From assembly GCA_002269645.1 (NCBI GenBank), contig NIVC01000154.1, positions 1-64,000 on the forward strand: DNA of 64,000 nt, read 5' to 3'. Shown here piece by piece: positions 60,644 to 64,000 of the stretch; within the stretch, counting starts at the first letter, position 1, and each line of letters opens with the position of its first letter. Below the pieces are notes generated by a model. The model searched no databases and was not told the DNA's origin. It saw nothing but the letters and a program-made list of their open reading frames with translations. A program made the position numbers and the translations under genes. This DNA is from Macrostomum lignano (Eukaryota).

Positions 60644-61981
60644 GTTGCGCTACCAAAGGCATGTTTTTTCTAAGAACAACTTAATATAGTAAAATATTTT
60701 TGAGACACTACATGGGTCACGACACCAACGCCCTTTCAGACAGATTTTCAGCTGCTTAAAATCCATGCTATTTCTACTTTTCGGCCAAGTTCGTGTTACT
60801 TTTTTCTCTGACGCCTTTCTTCTTTCACTTCCCGTTGCCACTGGCAACACACCAGCGTCATTGCATTGCATATCGACTTGCGCTCCACGCATATAGACTA
60901 TCCAATTTGCCCACTCTTCCGTTTGGGGGGTTTTGTTGGCTCACTTGGGCCGATCAGAAACTGCACATGGGGAGAAAAGGTGCAGGACTTCAGACTGACG
61001 ACGAGAAGACAGCGATGCAAATAAAGTGTCTCTGCAGTTTTTTGGTGGACCAGCAGGGCAATCATCCCCCCAATGGATTGGTCTAACTCATCGATTGAGT
61101 GCTGATAAATTTTAGCATCACAATTTATATAGCTTTTATTCTCTCGTGTTAGCTCAATGACCGTTTGCCCCGACAGGCAGCATAGCCCGAGACCAAGTGT
61201 ATGCGAACGGATCAAACAATGAATGAATAAATGCTGATCGAGATACACAAGTCTTACCGGGGAGAGTGCCGCGATTACCATCCATCATCAGGCTCAGAAT
61301 GCTCACTGTACTATAAAATTGGGATTATTGAATGCTGCACGGCTGCAATTGCAGGCGATCATGACTTTTTTGGGCACCGAAAACTGTCTCGGAGCTTCTC
61401 CTAACTTGCCTAACTTGTTTGCCTCCATTCTATAGCTGGCCAAAAAGCGAAAATGGGAAGAGAGAGAGTTCAGAGTCAATCAAACAATGACTGCATTGTT
61501 TGTCCGGCTGTTAGAGCCATCATTTTAGGCGGGATGAGGCGTAAGAGAGAATGGGAGGCTCAGTGGAGTGGGGTAATGGACTTTGTGCTACCGGGTGGAA
61601 GCAGATCTGAAAGACAGAATTAGCCAGGAAAAAAGTAACTAAAGCTGATGCCAAATTCGTCCTAAGATGAAAAGTGACTGTGAGGACAGAGCTATAGGCT
61701 GAAATCGAAGTAATGCCCGACATTAGGCTAGCAACTAACTGATCGAACTGCTGATATTATCGTCAAATTCCTCCCTGTTTTAAGCCATGGTGGGGCTTCA
61801 GCTCCCCCTGCCATATATGGTCAACGCATTTCCCGCTTGTGACAATTGATTTTTTTGGAACGCCTCATTTGGCTGATGAAGCAAGGAAAGCATTGCTCAG
61901 GAATCTTTAGATCAGAAACTAACATAAACAAAAGGGAAATTGTAAGAATCGGATGAAACTGTAGATTATTTATCGCAGGGA

Positions 61982-62313
61982 AGCAGCGGGGATCACAGGG
62001 GAGCAGTGGGGATCACAGGGGAGCAGTGGGGATCACAGGGAGCAGTGGGGATCACTGAGGAGCAGTGGGGATCACAAGGGAGCAGTGGGGATCACAAGGG
62101 AGCAGTAGGGATCACAGAGGAGCAGTGGGGATCACAGGGGAGAAGTGGGGATCACAAGGGAGCAGTAGGGATCACAGAGGAGCAGTGGGGACCACAGGGG
62201 AGAAGTGGGGATCACAAGGGAGCAGTAGGGATCACAAGGGAGCAGTGGGGACCACAGGGGAGAAGTGGGGATCACAAGGGAGCAGTGGGGATCACTGGGG
62301 AGCAGTGGGGATC
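61982..62313. repeat. 20-bp minisatellite (GGGAGCAGTGGGGATCACAG)
   Basis: About 16 copies. Confidence 0.96.
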
Positions 62314-62967
62314 GTGTTTTACAGAAACCGAAGACCGTTGCGTTTGCTCAGGTCTTATAATTTTACGATCCAAGCAGGCAATATCCTTGCGATAAGACGC
62401 TCGATCGCCAGGAGCAGAAAAATTGTTGAACATAAAAAGACTGGCGGATCTGCGACCCTTTGAGTGAGGCAGATTTTGGGCGAGGCCCTCGATGCAAGGA
62501 TGAATTCGCTGCTGATTGGAAAGCAGTATTTAGCTAGCTGGTTACAGCAGGTTAAACAAATTCATTGAGCCCCTGTTAACCCAGACACCAAGGTGAAACT
62601 TGATCACATTGTAATAACAATTGATGCATGAATGCAGTTCTAGAAGACTCCCCGCTTAACACTTGGTTGCGATACAGATACGAGTTGAGATGGGGCCAGG
62701 GAGCATTAGAAAGAAAATCTGGAGTGGCGGCTAAATTTAATTGAACAATTTTTTTTACAAATTTAACACTTTGGTGAGGATTAGTTCATTGGTGTAAGGG
62801 TGTTGTTACAAAGCTGGCTCAGTAAGAGCTCCTTTGACAATCCAGATTTCTATTCGGAGGTGTCCCTGGTTGGGAGGGGGACAAATTCTGCCCCCATTCA
62901 GGCAGCGAATCAGGCACTCAGGGACCCGGCGCCCACTCAGAGAGCCAAGCCAAGAGGCTGGACCAGC

Positions 62968-62975
62968 TATATAAG
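62968..62975 (+). promoter_or_regulatory. TATA box of the signal-peptide gene
   Basis: TATATAAG in GC-rich context about 120 nt upstream of ATG 63087. Confidence 0.5.
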
Positions 62976-63086
62976 GCCGAATTGGGACGCCAGGCTCGGA
63001 TCCCGCCACTGGGGAGTCGAACCTTGTCTCTCTTAACCAGCCCGTTCTTGATAATCTGGCAACCCCGAACACCGTTCTACACCGAG

Positions 63087-63129
63087 ATGAGGCACTGCAC
63101 ACTGACACTGCTTCTGGCTGTGGTCGCGG
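63087..63129 (+). CDS. First coding exon of an unknown secreted or membrane protein (signal peptide MRHCTLTLLLAVVA)
   Basis: TATATAAG at 62968, ATG at 63087, basic-then-hydrophobic N-terminus, phase-1 donor G|gtgagt at 63130. Confidence 0.6.
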
Positions 63130-63395
63130 GTGAGTCCTGGCAGGTGGTAAATTGTAACTATGCGTCATTCGCACATTCCCGCCTGAAGACTTGTTCGCCT
63201 GCGCGTGTTTTTTAGGCCGGCTTAGAGGTTAGAACTCTTTTTTGTCAATTTTCTTTCAGCCGCAACACTTTCCCTTGCCGTCTCATGGGGTCGCGAAATC
63301 TTCTCAATCACGCAGCGTTTGTCGAGCAGGAGAAGACGAATGCGAGAGATTCTCCTCTGACAGGTCTGCAAACGCGTGGCGGCGCTACCCACCTC

Positions 63396-63500
<105 letters not shown>

Positions 63501-64000
63501 GCTCGATAATATCGAAGCAGAACAGTGACGAATTCTCTTATTATATCAATTAATATAGCTACGACGTCGAATTATATATAACTGGGTGGGCACACCCAAC
63601 GAAGAATAGTGCGGCTCGACTGACGGCCACTCAATTAGGAAAAGTTGCGCCTTTCAATTTCAAGCGACTCTTCATCTTTCGAATCTTTCGCCTTTTCTTC
63701 CTACTCCAGTCTTCAAGTCTTTGGCTGAATTTCCTGACGCGCTTTTTTCGTCTCCGGAGGATCGGGCAAAGCGGCAGAATTGAGCGAATTTAGAGCAATG
63801 AGTTGAGAACTATTGAGCAAAACTGGGATAGAACGGAGAGCGCAGACTAACAGGCCTTCATATTTCTAATACCATCCGATATGGCTAATCTGCCGACGAG
63901 GTTTTTTATTGAATAGTTTGCCATTTTTCCCATCATCAGGCCAAAGTGTGTTTCACCAGCAGAAACCGAGTCGCACAGAGAGCATTTTTGCAATGCGTAG

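Overview
This is metazoan (animal) genomic DNA with GT-AG spliceosomal introns. I see no prokaryotic operon structure, rRNA, tRNA or CRISPR array. Three genes can be assembled by hand: (1) a 10-coding-exon SEC14L2/3/4-type CRAL-TRIO+GOLD lipid-transfer gene on + (1719-6108, 413 aa); (2) a SoxD (Sox5/6/13, Sox102F-type) HMG-box transcription factor on - (21355-9897, at least 5 coding exons, about 816 aa); (3) a coatomer zeta (COPZ) gene on - (about 54720-50613) with no in-frame ATG where the start should be and a candidate 21-nt microexon. There is also a signal-peptide first exon of an unknown secreted protein at 63087 and an orphan + strand exon at 35289-35402. By hand estimate 35-40% of the window is tandem repeat: over 30 different mini/microsatellites plus a nearly invariant 6.1-kb array of a 118-bp monomer. 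Four non-autonomous TIR elements have perfect 8-bp target-site duplications (38 bp to 1.3 kb); a fifth lacks a matching TSD. Most long ORFs in the ORF track are repeat artefacts. The most unusual structure is a 9.3-kb segment (26534-35815) bounded by inverted termini whose motifs recur in every 118-bp monomer, and which also encloses the orphan exon. Minisatellite-stuffed introns and CAG-rich exons resemble what is reported for the flatworm Macrostomum, but that assignment is inference only.
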